IMG/VR virus record: IMGVR_UViG_3300032245_001746
Span: 1 to 64,000 of that record
Length of the DNA stretch: 64,000 nt
Reading direction: 5' to 3' (one strand)
Part shown: positions 18,627-29,678 of the stretch, piece by piece
Numbering within the stretch: the stretch's first letter is position 1
Layout of the letters: every line of letters begins with the position of its first letter
Notes under the pieces: model-generated
Told to the model about the DNA's origin: nothing
Database searches by the model: none
Seen by the model: only the letters and a program-made list of their open reading frames with translations
Made by a program: the position numbers and the translations under genes

Positions 18627-21260
18627 CTATATTACAATTAATTCTGGTTTCTTTTTAGGCTTAACAACATCCATAAAAGGACGCTTCATTACTAATAATC
18701 TAGTATCATCTTCTTTTTTTTCTGGAATTTCTTTCCATCTAATAGCTTTAGGAGGACTGTCAAATGTATAATTCTTAAAAGGAGGTTCTGGTTTCTTTAA
18801 CCTTATTTTAAGGAAATTACCTTTTCTAATATCAGACTCCCAATATTCTAAATCAGAAGCAAATCTTTGATAATCGACATCCCAAAAAGTTACTTTAAAT
18901 TTAAAAGAATCGGAATCCTCCATAGTAACCTCATAATATACAGTACCTTTAGCAGATTCTTTACGCTTTGGTTTTTCTATAACCTGCGCTTCAACCATAG
19001 AAATACAAATATTATCTTTAGAATCAAAATCAGAAATGGTAAATCCACCAGAATAATCTGGACTTGAGTCCATCAAATGATTCCAACTAAATCCATAACA
19101 AGAAGATTCTGCGACTTGTACTGGTTCATTAAACAATTTTTGCAAATCTTCATCAATTTCTACTTGAATATCAAATTCATCTAATGACAACAAAGAATCT
19201 TGCTCATTTTTAAGAACATTGCTTTCTTTGGATTTTTTATATTTCTTCAATAACTTCCAAGTTTCATGTATTATATCTTTTTGTTCGTTTGAATCAATAA
19301 TTTCTTCACGAAACTTAAAATCATTAAATGATTTAAATGAAGTTTCATCAAAATTTTCAAATTTATCAAAAAATAATTCTGAGAATTCATCTTCAAAAGA
19401 AACTTTCAATTCCAAAATTAATTTAGAAACACTTTTAGCATATCGATCATTTCTTGACGAAATCTTTTTTTGCTCTTCTTTAAAGTATTCATAATATGAA
19501 TATAATTTAGTTCTGTCTGCGTCTTTAAATAATCCAAGAGAAATTAAAGGTTTTAAAACCTTTGCATCTGTACCGAATCGACTTAAAAAATCAACAAATG
19601 AAGAATATGGTTGATTTTCAACAATTCTTTGTGCCACTTCTTCTCCTATTCCTTTTATATTAGAAAATCCAATATAAATTTCATCATCAACAATAGAAAA
19701 ATTATCTTTAGACTTATTCAAATCTAAAGGTTTAATTTTTACATTCATACTTTCAGCTTCTCTTCTATATTCTTTTATTTTAACATCATCTTTTACAGAT
19801 TTTAATATTCCAACAAAAAAATCTAATGGATAATGTGCTTTTAAATATAAAAGGCGAGCAGACAAAATTGTGTAACAAACAGCATGACTTGAATTAAATC
19901 CATATTCGGCAAAAGCTTCTATTTGAGTCCACAATTCTTCAACTTGTTCTTTTGTCCAAGCTAAAACTTTTTGTCCATTTTCAATAAACATATCTTTATA
20001 TTTTTGAAATACTTTAACTTTCTTTTTGGAAATTGCTTTTCTTATTATTTCACAATGCATTTCTGGAATTCCGCCAACAACATTCAATATTTTTAATGTT
20101 TGCTCCTGAAAACACATAACACCATAAGTTTTTTTCAAAATTGGCTCTAATACTGGATGCAATTCATAATATTCTCTTCCCTTTTTTCTTTCAATAAAAC
20201 GTTCATCCATTTTCATAGATAATGGACCTGGACGGTAAATAGACGAATAAATTACCAAATCATAAAAAATATCAACACCACCCTTTTTAACCATTTCTCT
20301 AATACCATCAGAGTCAAACTGAAATATGCATTTTAATCTACCTTGATTCGCTAAATTTAATGCTTTCAAATCAGTAATATAAGCATCTTCATTAGACCAG
20401 TCTGGACAGTTTTCATAAGCACAAATAGAACTTATTCCCAATCTTTGTTTGACAGATTTAGTTATTTGAGCCAACTGTGTTAGATTAGATAATCTTAACG
20501 TATCTATCTTAATAAGACCCAAAGGTCCCAAATCAGTTCCTAATAATCCTTCACCAAAAGCAGAAACATATTTATCACTTTCTGTTTTAACGAACGGAAC
20601 TATATTGTCAATTCTTTGATTTGAGATAATCAAGCCACCAGCATGAGTGCCAACTGTTTTGTTTCTGTTAATTATTCTTCTTACTACATCTGCAACTTCT
20701 GGATTTTCTTCGCAATATTTGCGTAAGTCTGGATATTCCTCAATTGCTTTATCTAAAGATAAAACTTTTCCATCTTCATCTTTAAGACCAATTTTTGTAG
20801 TTATATTTAATATTTCATTACGATCTTTATCGTAAACCCTTGCAGCATCTAAAAATGATGATTTAATCTTAAATGTTCCATATGTTCCAATTGCACATAC
20901 ATTATCTTCACCAAACGTTTTTGGTGCCCAAACATTTCTTATGTAATCACATACTTCATCCTGAAAGTCCGTATCAATATCAGGAAATTCGCCCTGAACC
21001 ATTCGTGGCTCAATATTTATGTCAAAATTATCAACCATACCTAAAAGGTAAGTTATCAACAAATTATTTTCATTATTTTCAAACTTATCGCCATTTTTAA
21101 ATAATTCAAAAATATAATCAAATTCCATTTGATTATCAATTTGTTTGATTTCGTATAAAAGTCGGTCTTGATGTTTTTTATCTTCATTTAATCCAAGTTG
21201 CTTTAATTTTAAATAACAAGCACTTATTATCTCTTTTTTTGGATCAACAGAAACACTCAT
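18627..21260 (-). CDS. dnaE: DNA polymerase III alpha, C-terminal (catalytic Asp, fingers, HhH, OB) subunit of split DnaE
   Basis: PDIDTDF, HAGG, KIDTL, IFQF, YRPGP, QEQ, AEYGFNSSHA, HhH IKGIG; no PHP domain. Confidence 0.93.
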   Translation of the reverse strand: MSVSVDPKKEIISACYLKLKQLGLNEDKKHQDRLLYEIKQIDNQMEFDYIFELFKNGDKFENNENNLLITYLLGMVDNFDINIEPRMVQGEFPDIDTDFQDEVCDYIRNVWAPKTFGEDNVCAIGTYGTFKIKSSFLDAARVYDKDRNEILNITTKIGLKDEDGKVLSLDKAIEEYPDLRKYCEENPEVADVVRRIINRNKTVGTHAGGLIISNQRIDNIVPFVKTESDKYVSAFGEGLLGTDLGPLGLIKIDTLRLSNLTQLAQITKSVKQRLGISSICAYENCPDWSNEDAYITDLKALNLANQGRLKCIFQFDSDGIREMVKKGGVDIFYDLVIYSSIYRPGPLSMKMDERFIERKKGREYYELHPVLEPILKKTYGVMCFQEQTLKILNVVGGIPEMHCEIIRKAISKKKVKVFQKYKDMFIENGQKVLAWTKEQVEELWTQIEAFAEYGFNSSHAVCYTILSARLLYLKAHYPLDFFVGILKSVKDDVKIKEYRREAESMNVKIKPLDLNKSKDNFSIVDDEIYIGFSNIKGIGEEVAQRIVENQPYSSFVDFLSRFGTDAKVLKPLISLGLFKDADRTKLYSYYEYFKEEQKKISSRNDRYAKSVSKLILELKVSFEDEFSELFFDKFENFDETSFKSFNDFKFREEIIDSNEQKDIIHETWKLLKKYKKSKESNVLKNEQDSLLSLDEFDIQVEIDEDLQKLFNEPVQVAESSCYGFSWNHLMDSSPDYSGGFTISDFDSKDNICISMVEAQVIEKPKRKESAKGTVYYEVTMEDSDSFKFKVTFWDVDYQRFASDLEYWESDIRKGNFLKIRLKKPEPPFKNYTFDSPPKAIRWKEIPEKKEDDTRLLVMKRPFMDVVKPKKKPELIVI

Positions 21261-21763
21261 TTTAAATCAACTTTCTTCAAAGAAAAACCCATAGCCAAAA
21301 ACAGATTGTACAAATATTTGCCAGAAAGTAAAGTTATTCCTTTTGAAGTTTTTTCACTATTTCCAGCTACATTTAATATTTTAATATTATTTGTTGTAAT
21401 CCAATTAATTACTTTATCTGTTTTTATTGGATCATTTAAATCAACATCAATATATGGCTTATTATAATAATTAATTGCTTTTAATGTACAAATTTCGCCA
21501 GCAGAATTTTTATGTGTAAAAATTCTTAAAGTACCATCAGCATCTTTCACATTACAATAAGTTCTTGGAGAATAACTAACTGATTTATGTTCCTTTGCAT
21601 TATATGTTATTGCATATTCTGGTCTGGGTCCATCTAACGTCTTAAATCCTTTTGGCATTGTGCCGCCAACTTCAACACCAAAACGATATGCAACAAATAT
21701 AGCTGAAATATCCACCCCATTTTGGAATCCAGATATCAACCGTTTAATCATTTTTAATCTCAC
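21257..21763 (-). CDS. cpYpsA/'putative molybdenum carrier' SLOG protein
   Basis: ISGFQNGVD, GGTMPKG, RTYCNV.DADGT, LNVAGN. Confidence 0.8.
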   Translation of the reverse strand: MRLKMIKRLISGFQNGVDISAIFVAYRFGVEVGGTMPKGFKTLDGPRPEYAITYNAKEHKSVSYSPRTYCNVKDADGTLRIFTHKNSAGEICTLKAINYYNKPYIDVDLNDPIKTDKVINWITTNNIKILNVAGNSEKTSKGITLLSGKYLYNLFLAMGFSLKKVDLK

Positions 21764-24230
21764 AATTTTTGATCTTGGTCATTTTAACAACTGTTTCTCC
21801 AACATCAAGTTTTACAATTTTAACTCCAGTTGTAGTACGTCCAGTTTCTCTAATATCTTCAGAATCTATTCTAATGCATTTTCCTGAAGAAGTCATAACC
21901 AAAATAGAATCACCTTTAGCTATATCAGACGCCCCTATTATGTTTCCATTTTTCTGAAGAGTATTCTTTTTAATTACAGAATATCCCTTAACATTTCTAT
22001 TAGATAATGATTTATATTCATCAGATTTTGTTTTCTTACCAAAACCACCAGATGTAATAACTAAAATATCTGGGACTTCCGTTTTATCTAAAGTAAATAC
22101 TTGAGCTACTTCATCTGAAGGGTCTAATTTTAGAGCCTTACTTCCTCTAGTTATTCTGCCTTGTGTTGGCACAATTTTTTCAGAATATCTAACAGATTGA
22201 CCACATGAAGTTACAATAAAAACATCTCTCTTTCCATCTGTAATACAGGCAAATTTAACTTCATCTTTATCATTTAAAGTAATTGCTGTTAATCCAGAAT
22301 TCTTTCTTGTAGTATCGTATTCTGATATTTCTGTCTTTTTAATTATACCATTTTTAGTAACTATAGTCAAATAACCTTTTTGCTTAATATCTTTTAAACT
22401 AATCATGTTGGTAACTAATTCACCAGTATTTAATTGCAACAAATTACTTACATGAGTACCCTTGGCTGTTTTACTAGTAATTGGTAATTGATAAGCCTTT
22501 CTTTGATAAACCAAACCATGATTAGTGAAAAATAAAATTAAATTTTTACTATTAGCCTCAAATATCTCAAACATATTTTCAGCAGCTTCCGGCTTATTTA
22601 CACCTAAAGAACCCACGCCACCACGATTTTGAATTCTATATTGTTCTGCTGGTACAGATTTTACATATCCATCACCAGTTAAAGATATTATCAACTGTTC
22701 ATTTTTAACCAAATCTTCATCATTAATTTCTTGTGCAACTTCTTCAATTGAAGTTAATCTATTGTCTCCATGTTTTTTAACTATTTCTTCTTGTTGAGAA
22801 ATAATAAAATTATTCATTTCATCTTTAGATGATAAAACTTTTTGAAGCCATTTAGATCTATCAACTAAATTTGTTCTTTCTTTTTCAAGATTAGCACCTT
22901 CTAATTTTGTTATTTGTTTCAACGTAATAGCTAAAACAGCTTTTGCTTGTTCAGATGATGAAACATATTTTTTACTTATAAGCTGATTTTCAGCATCTTC
23001 TGGATTATCTGAATCCATTATTAATTTAACAACTTTTTCAATTTTGTTAAGAATGCCTATCAATCCATCAAGAATATGAATTCTTGCAGAAGCTTTTTTG
23101 TATTCAGCATTAAATCTATTAGTTAGTACAATAACTCTATGATCTACAAAAGCTTTCACCAATTGAATTATATTAGCTTCAGGAACCACTTTGCCATCAA
23201 TTAATACAGTTGAATTGACTGATATAGATTTTCTTAAACAAGTCTGTTTTAACAGAATATTTAAAACTAATTCTGCATTGCCGTTTTTAGCAATATCAAT
23301 TACAATGTTGACACCAGTTTTTTTAGAAGAAAGATTTTTTAAATCTGAAATTCCAGAAATTTTATCTGTTTCTACTAAATTCTTAATTTCATTACAAAAT
23401 TGATCTGGACTTGTTTGATATGGAAGTTCGCTAATTATAATTTTAGACCCAGACTTGTCTTTTAATATATCATATTTACCTTCAAGTTTTATACTTCCTC
23501 TTCCAGTCTTATAATAATCCAAAACTCCATCTTGACCCAATAATTTCCCACCTGTTGGAAAATCTGGTCCTGGCATCAATTTAATTATTTTTTCATAAGA
23601 AACATTTGGATTTTTTATGTATTCTTTTACTACAGAAACAACTTCTTTTAAATTATGAGGCAACATTTTTGTTGCCCAACCAACAGCAATTCCTTCACAA
23701 CCATTTACCAACAAGTTTGGAATTAACGTTGGCAATATTGTAGGCTCTTCCATTTTTTCATTATAATTTGGAACAAAAGGAACAGCATCTTTACTGATTT
23801 CTTCAAGTAACAATTCTCCATATTTAGATAATTTAGCTTCAGTATAACGTTGTGCCGCACATGCATCACCATCAATATTCCCAAAATTACCCTGTCCTGT
23901 TAAAAGAGGATATCTTAAAACCCATGATTGAACCAATCTACATAGTGTGGGATAAACAACCATATCACCATGAGGATGGTAATTTCCTGAACAAAAACCA
24001 GTTATTTTAGCACATTTTTCTGTAGCGGAATTTGGATATAAATTCAATTCATGCATTGAATATAAAACTCTTCTTTGAGATGGTTTTAATCCATCTCTAG
24101 CATCAGGCAATGCTCTATCCTCAAGAGACATAAATGCATATTTTGTGAATCTGTTGTCTAAAACTAAAGCTAACTCTTCAGTGTTTAAATACTGATCTTG
24201 TTTAATATTTTTACTATCTTTTATTTTCAT
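21744..24230 (-). CDS. gyrA: DNA gyrase subunit A
   Basis: RALPDARDGLKP, YHPHGD, AAQRYTE, GPDFPTGG, GyrA-box QNRGGVG, beta-pinwheel repeats. Confidence 0.96.
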   Translation of the reverse strand: MKIKDSKNIKQDQYLNTEELALVLDNRFTKYAFMSLEDRALPDARDGLKPSQRRVLYSMHELNLYPNSATEKCAKITGFCSGNYHPHGDMVVYPTLCRLVQSWVLRYPLLTGQGNFGNIDGDACAAQRYTEAKLSKYGELLLEEISKDAVPFVPNYNEKMEEPTILPTLIPNLLVNGCEGIAVGWATKMLPHNLKEVVSVVKEYIKNPNVSYEKIIKLMPGPDFPTGGKLLGQDGVLDYYKTGRGSIKLEGKYDILKDKSGSKIIISELPYQTSPDQFCNEIKNLVETDKISGISDLKNLSSKKTGVNIVIDIAKNGNAELVLNILLKQTCLRKSISVNSTVLIDGKVVPEANIIQLVKAFVDHRVIVLTNRFNAEYKKASARIHILDGLIGILNKIEKVVKLIMDSDNPEDAENQLISKKYVSSSEQAKAVLAITLKQITKLEGANLEKERTNLVDRSKWLQKVLSSKDEMNNFIISQQEEIVKKHGDNRLTSIEEVAQEINDEDLVKNEQLIISLTGDGYVKSVPAEQYRIQNRGGVGSLGVNKPEAAENMFEIFEANSKNLILFFTNHGLVYQRKAYQLPITSKTAKGTHVSNLLQLNTGELVTNMISLKDIKQKGYLTIVTKNGIIKKTEISEYDTTRKNSGLTAITLNDKDEVKFACITDGKRDVFIVTSCGQSVRYSEKIVPTQGRITRGSKALKLDPSDEVAQVFTLDKTEVPDILVITSGGFGKKTKSDEYKSLSNRNVKGYSVIKKNTLQKNGNIIGASDIAKGDSILVMTSSGKCIRIDSEDIRETGRTTTGVKIVKLDVGETVVKMTKIKNCEIKND

Positions 24231-24231
24231 T

Positions 24232-27200
24232 TTATGCCTTTTTAATTACACTGTTTACTTGATTAATTATATGATCTTTTCTTAATTGTACGTTAGAACC
24301 CATCAATACAGAAACCATTCTTTCTGATTCTGCAAGATCGTTTAACTCTAATTTTATCAATCTTCTGTTTTCAACATTCATTGTTGTGTCAGCCAATTGA
24401 TCAGCATCCATTTCTCCCAAACCTTTAAATCTAACCACTTTCGATTTAGGATTTTGTTTCACTAATAATTGCATTTCTTGATCAGTCCATGCAAATATTC
24501 TACTTTTACCCAAATCAACACAATATAAAGGTGGTTGAGCCAAATATAAATGACCATTAGCAACTAAAGGCTTCATGTATCTGTAAAAGAATGTTAACAA
24601 TAAAGTCGAAATATGACAACCATCATCATCGGCGTCTGCCATTAAAATGATTTTATTATATCTTAATTTTTCAATGTTAAAATCTTCTTTAATTCCAGTT
24701 CCTATTGCTATAATCAATGATTGAATTTCTTTATTTTTTAATAAAGAAGCAATATCTTTCTTTTCAGCATTTATAATTTTACCTCTAATTGGCAAAATTG
24801 CTTGAAATTCTGGATCTCTTCCGTCTTTTCCTGATCCGGCTGCACTATCGCCTTCCACAATAAACAACTCTGAAATTGCAACATTTTCAGTATTACAATC
24901 ATAAAGTTTTCCTGGCATTCTATTAGATTTTCCAAGAAAACCTTTTCTTTTAATTAGGTCAGATTGTTTTTTAGCCGCTGTTCTTGCCTCTTGTGCAATT
25001 AATGCTCGTTCTACAATTTTTTTAACAATAGGTGCGTTTTTATCAAAAAACGAAGTCAGCATATTTGTAGTTAAATTACTTACTACAGTTTCAGCTTCTG
25101 TTGATCCTAATTTTGACTTAGTTTGTGACACAAATTCTGGTCTTGGAAATCTAATACTCACAATTGCAGACAAACCTTCTCTTACATCATCTCCATTTAA
25201 ATTAGGAGCATTTTCCTTTATTAATTTATTATTTCTAGCAAATGTGTTAACAACTCTTGTCAATGCAGTTTTAAAACCAGAAACATGAGTGCCACCATCA
25301 GTAGTTACAATATTATTTACAAAAGATATAATAGATTCGTCATCATCATTAGAATATAATAAAGCTATTTCAACTTGACATTGTTGTCCTGGTCTTGAAG
25401 TCAAATCAGATTTAGCAGAGGCATAAATAGGAGTTGCAGGATAAGTATCCTCTTTTCCTTCAGATAAATATTTTAAATAATCTACTATTCCGCCATCAAA
25501 ACAAAAAGTTTCATTAATTCCAGTTGATTCATTAATAAATGATATTTTTAATCCTTTATTAAGAAATGCCATTTCTTTTAATCTTTTTGTAATGATATTA
25601 TCATTGTATTTTATACCATTTTTAAAAATTTGCTTATCTGCATGCCATTGAATTTTTGTTCCAGTTTGTTTATCTTTCTTATCTAAAGATCTTATTTTTT
25701 GAATTTTACCTTTAGGCTTACCTTCAGAAAAAGATTGTTGCCATAAATATCCATCACGATGAACTTCTGCCACTAATAAATCTGATAAAGCGTTAACACA
25801 AGATGCGCCAACACCATGTAAACCACCAGAAGCGTCATAGCCTGATCCAGAACCACCAAATTTTCCTCCTGCATGAAGTACAGTTAAAACCACTTCTAAA
25901 GCTGATTTCTTTTCTGTTGGATGCATATCAACTGGAATACCTCGACCATTGTCCTCAATAGAAATTGTTTCACCATCTTTTTCTATTTTTATTTTTATTT
26001 CATTACAATGACCTGCCATTGCTTCATCAATTGAATTATGAAGTAAAATGCCTCCGCTGCCACCTACAAAATTTTCATCATCTTCAACTGAAAAGTCATA
26101 AACAAAAGGATGATTTTCACCATCAATTTTTTTGATTGATTTTATTTTTAATGCACCTAAATCGCAATTATTTTCTTTTGCATAATAACATCTGTAAGAT
26201 TTTTCATTTCCAATATACCATTCTACTTTATTTTTATAAAAACTAAAACTTTTTTGTATACTAAGCAACAAGTAAGAAAATTGATTTATTAAAACTTTAC
26301 TTGAAGACGTATATGCAAGTTTTTGTTTTAATTCTATGTTTTTATTTATAAATTGATTAGTTGGATAACCATCACCACTACTCATGGCAAAAACAAGTAA
26401 TTCTCTCTGTCTATCAGAACAATTCCAAATAAAACTAGGAATTGATTTCTTATAACAATTTCTTCCTAACTTGAAATAATCTGTAATCACAGCCACTGCT
26501 TTATTACAATAAACATTATTTGCAGTATCATGTGCTGGTCTAGTGCTTGGATTAAATCCAAAACAATTTTTAATTGTTTTTATAACTTGTTTTAAAAATT
26601 TTAATTCATGAGATCCAACAGATAACACACAATCTAGCATATCTTTGTTTGGTCTATGTCTCACACATCCTTCAGCTAAATAATATCCAACAAATTTAAT
26701 AAAATCATCATTAATATTTAAATATCTATTTATTTTAGATTTTTTGAATCCAATTTTACATTTTTTAGGAACTTTAGATTGTAAACCAAGTTCTACTATA
26801 AGTTTTACAGGAACATAACCAAACCTTTTAAAATTTGAATAATAATTAGAAGGCTTATTTTCTTTAATTAACCAGTCTTTAATTAAAGATCTATTTAATC
26901 TTATAAAATCTGAAATAGATTCAAAATAAACGTTAGAACCTTTATGATTATAAAAAATATCTAAACAATCTAATTCTTCATTGTAATCAACATTGTTTAA
27001 ATCCACTTTACTTGGAACTATCACATATTGACCTTCAATTAAATCTTTTGTTTTGATTGATTTAAATATTGAATCATTACATTTTGTAAATAGCGAATGG
27101 CAATCAGTTACATTTACTTTCAAGTTATTTTGTAATTTGACTTCATATAAATCATGACTTGTTTTGTGTTTGTATAATCTAGTTATTTTCTTCCAATGCA

Positions 27201-27498
27201 TCATTCCTTTTTTTGAAGCAGAATATGCATACATTTCCAGACCAGAAGAGTCAAAACTATTTGCATCTCCAGGAATATATTTGTCAATAATATTTCCTAT
27301 TTCAATTAAATTGAATTTATCATCTTGTTTAATTAAAACAAGCGTATCTGATGTGACAGAATTATCACATATCTCCCATACTAAATGATGTAATCCTTTA
27401 GTATCACTATCTCCAACATACATTCCTGGATTAAATCTTACTGCATCTAGTCCTTCTAAAACTCTAATTTGAGATGCATCATAATTATTTTTTGTCAT
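24232..27498 (-). CDS. gyrB: DNA gyrase subunit B (intein-containing)
   Basis: LEGLDAVR..PGMY, EICDN/SIDE, GRGIP, GGLHGVG, EGDSA, PIRGK, DADDDG, RFKGLGEM. Confidence 0.96.
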   Translation of the reverse strand: MTKNNYDASQIRVLEGLDAVRFNPGMYVGDSDTKGLHHLVWEICDNSVTSDTLVLIKQDDKFNLIEIGNIIDKYIPGDANSFDSSGLEMYAYSASKKGMMHWKKITRLYKHKTSHDLYEVKLQNNLKVNVTDCHSLFTKCNDSIFKSIKTKDLIEGQYVIVPSKVDLNNVDYNEELDCLDIFYNHKGSNVYFESISDFIRLNRSLIKDWLIKENKPSNYYSNFKRFGYVPVKLIVELGLQSKVPKKCKIGFKKSKINRYLNINDDFIKFVGYYLAEGCVRHRPNKDMLDCVLSVGSHELKFLKQVIKTIKNCFGFNPSTRPAHDTANNVYCNKAVAVITDYFKLGRNCYKKSIPSFIWNCSDRQRELLVFAMSSGDGYPTNQFINKNIELKQKLAYTSSSKVLINQFSYLLLSIQKSFSFYKNKVEWYIGNEKSYRCYYAKENNCDLGALKIKSIKKIDGENHPFVYDFSVEDDENFVGGSGGILLHNSIDEAMAGHCNEIKIKIEKDGETISIEDNGRGIPVDMHPTEKKSALEVVLTVLHAGGKFGGSGSGYDASGGLHGVGASCVNALSDLLVAEVHRDGYLWQQSFSEGKPKGKIQKIRSLDKKDKQTGTKIQWHADKQIFKNGIKYNDNIITKRLKEMAFLNKGLKISFINESTGINETFCFDGGIVDYLKYLSEGKEDTYPATPIYASAKSDLTSRPGQQCQVEIALLYSNDDDESIISFVNNIVTTDGGTHVSGFKTALTRVVNTFARNNKLIKENAPNLNGDDVREGLSAIVSIRFPRPEFVSQTKSKLGSTEAETVVSNLTTNMLTSFFDKNAPIVKKIVERALIAQEARTAAKKQSDLIKRKGFLGKSNRMPGKLYDCNTENVAISELFIVEGDSAAGSGKDGRDPEFQAILPIRGKIINAEKKDIASLLKNKEIQSLIIAIGTGIKEDFNIEKLRYNKIILMADADDDGCHISTLLLTFFYRYMKPLVANGHLYLAQPPLYCVDLGKSRIFAWTDQEMQLLVKQNPKSKVVRFKGLGEMDADQLADTTMNVENRRLIKLELNDLAESERMVSVLMGSNVQLRKDHIINQVNSVIKKA
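26035..27360 (-). mobile_element. LAGLIDADG intein in GyrB (442 aa)
   Basis: Starts SVTSDT, ends VYDFSV...LLHN before Ser; endonuclease motifs GYYLAEG and MSSGDG. Confidence 0.9.
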
Positions 27499-27977
27499 TA
27501 TTTCTTCCTTCTCAATCTCTTTTTTTTATTTTTAAATAAACATTTAATATAATTACTAATCTTTGAAAAGATACTTTTTTTAACAATTAGTAATGTGGCA
27601 TTTTTGTTTGAACCACAAACATTAATAGCATTAGTTCCGGCGACATCGTAATTAGTCCAAATTCCATTTTTATAAACAACTGTTGGATAATAAAAACCTT
27701 CATCTACATCACAGCCATTATCTCTTACGATAAACACATCTTGATACAAACCTGTGTCTTGTAATTCTTTTGCTATTTTTAAAGCTTTATCTTTGTTCAA
27801 GATTTCATCTTGAAAATATTTGTTCCATTTAAAAAAAATAAATCTTTTTTTAAGAACAAATATTTTTGGAACAATTATACCACATTCGCCATCAGATTTT
27901 TTTCTAGCGTGAATTATATAATGACCTTCTTCTAATGGAAAAGTTTTTATAACTTTGTTCATTAATCTTTTCTCCAA
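27498..27977 (-). CDS. Hypothetical protein
   Basis: Coupled ORF. Confidence 0.55.
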   Translation of the reverse strand: MEKRLMNKVIKTFPLEEGHYIIHARKKSDGECGIIVPKIFVLKKRFIFFKWNKYFQDEILNKDKALKIAKELQDTGLYQDVFIVRDNGCDVDEGFYYPTVVYKNGIWTNYDVAGTNAINVCGSNKNATLLIVKKSIFSKISNYIKCLFKNKKKRLRRKK

Positions 27978-28168
27978 GAGGAATTTTCTCTATCTGGAGT
28001 CCAGCCACCGTATTTCATACCATCAAGAAGTTTCCAACCATTTTTTTTAAATTTAACATTATTAGTCGCTTGTTCGGGAGTTAATTTGTCAAATAAAATA
28101 CATTTGTGCCAATAAAACCAATCTTCATGTTGATGCATAAAATCATAAGGGCAATTTGTCATAAACAA
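27962..28168 (-). CDS. Hypothetical protein
   Basis: Small Trp-rich ORF. Confidence 0.45.
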   Translation of the reverse strand: MFMTNCPYDFMHQHEDWFYWHKCILFDKLTPEQATNNVKFKKNGWKLLDGMKYGGWTPDRENSSWRKD

Positions 28169-28170
28169 TC

Positions 28171-28470
28171 TTAACCATAACTAATATGAAAATCAACATG
28201 TTTTTCTACAGTTTGACCTTTTGGCAACCTTTGTTTACAAGCTGTCCCTGTAAATCCTGGACGTTCACCATCTTCAAAATCAGGAGAATTTGGATATTTT
28301 TCTCTCATTTGTTCAACATCTATATAAAGTTCTTGAGTAAAAGATTTCTTTTTAATAACATCTGCTAACATTTTATCTAATACAGAACCTTTCACATCTA
28401 ATTTGGTACTATCTACATAGTATTTATGAGGTTCATGATCATCATAAAATTCTTCGACTAACACAAACAT
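28171..28470 (-). CDS. Hypothetical protein
   Basis: SD AAGGA upstream. Confidence 0.6.
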   Translation of the reverse strand: MFVLVEEFYDDHEPHKYYVDSTKLDVKGSVLDKMLADVIKKKSFTQELYIDVEQMREKYPNSPDFEDGERPGFTGTACKQRLPKGQTVEKHVDFHISYG

Positions 28471-28534
28471 AATTTTTTCCTTAAATAAAGTTTAATGATA
28501 AATCGAGTTATTTTAAAAATTCTTTAATTGATTT

Positions 28535-28858
28535 CTACAATAAAGTTGATTCAATTGTATTGAATTCATTTTCGTTTTTAAGTTTAATTAAACATTTAAT
28601 TAAAGCATCAATAAAAGATCTTGTTCCATCTTCTTGAGCTATACAAAAATCATTTGATGAAATATAAACACCCCATTGATCTCTTATAAATTCAAATAAT
28701 AAAGTTTCTTCATTGTTTGAATTTAAAAAAATTAAACTAGATCCATTTTCTGGATCTAGTTTAATTTCAATTTTGGGAGATTCATTTGATCCGCAATTAT
28801 CAAATTCAAGCGAATATACTGTTTGTAAATTTTGATTTACCATAAAAACAAATTTCAT
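28535..28858 (-). CDS. Hypothetical protein
   Basis: 107-aa ORF. Confidence 0.5.
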   Translation of the reverse strand: MKFVFMVNQNLQTVYSLEFDNCGSNESPKIEIKLDPENGSSLIFLNSNNEETLLFEFIRDQWGVYISSNDFCIAQEDGTRSFIDALIKCLIKLKNENEFNTIESTLL

Positions 28859-28882
28859 TAAAAAGTATTTAACATATTTATA

Positions 28883-29653
28883 TTAACATAAATATCCAGC
28901 TCTAAATACATATTCAGAATGAGAATATTGTACAAGACTATATGGCATTAAAATAGGTTTTGAAAAAATTGTTTTTGGATATCTTCCAAAGATGTATTTT
29001 TGTACGTTACAATCTGATATTATCAGATCAATATCATTTAAAACAGAACTTGAAATCTTATCAAGTAAAACTTGAGGAATTATAATATAATCAAAATGTA
29101 ATTTTGGATTAATTTTATTATCAATAAAATATTCTAATGAAAAATTAGATTTATTAAAATTATCTAATATATTAAAAATTAATATATCTAATTGTTTAGC
29201 TATTTGGTGTGAAACGTTTGGTTCCGAACATTTAAAAGCAAACGTTAAAATTGGAATTCCTATTGCATCAAAAATGTCAAATTTATTATAAAAAAAACAT
29301 AAAGATGCTGGACTTATTGCTGGTTGTATAGCTATACATTTTCTTAATGAACACTTCAACCAAGATTCTTTCATTAAAGATAACAAATTGTTTTTATCAT
29401 AAAATCCACATCTATCACAATAATTGTCACAATTATTTAATAAAATTGAAAGTGTTGTTCTATCTTGTTCTGATATATCATTTAAAAAATGAGTTTTTGA
29501 CCATTTTTCAACAATTTTATCAATTTCATATTTAATGTTAGAAAAATCTTCCAAAGAATTCTGTCTATCAATCATTAACTCTTCATTAGAAGATGAAAAA
29601 TCAAGTAATTCTTCACCCAATAAATTTTTATTTAAATCATCTGACTCTTTCAT
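28883..29653 (-). CDS. Truncated/divergent gp23 major-capsid-protein paralogue
   Basis: VEKWSKTHFL..., ILLNN and IAIQPAISPASLCFFY resemble gp23 KW...LLENQ and VQPM..P.GL.F motifs. Confidence 0.55.
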   Translation of the reverse strand: MKESDDLNKNLLGEELLDFSSSNEELMIDRQNSLEDFSNIKYEIDKIVEKWSKTHFLNDISEQDRTTLSILLNNCDNYCDRCGFYDKNNLLSLMKESWLKCSLRKCIAIQPAISPASLCFFYNKFDIFDAIGIPILTFAFKCSEPNVSHQIAKQLDILIFNILDNFNKSNFSLEYFIDNKINPKLHFDYIIIPQVLLDKISSSVLNDIDLIISDCNVQKYIFGRYPKTIFSKPILMPYSLVQYSHSEYVFRAGYLC

Positions 29654-29678
29654 AAATTGCTTTCATTAAAATTAAGAG

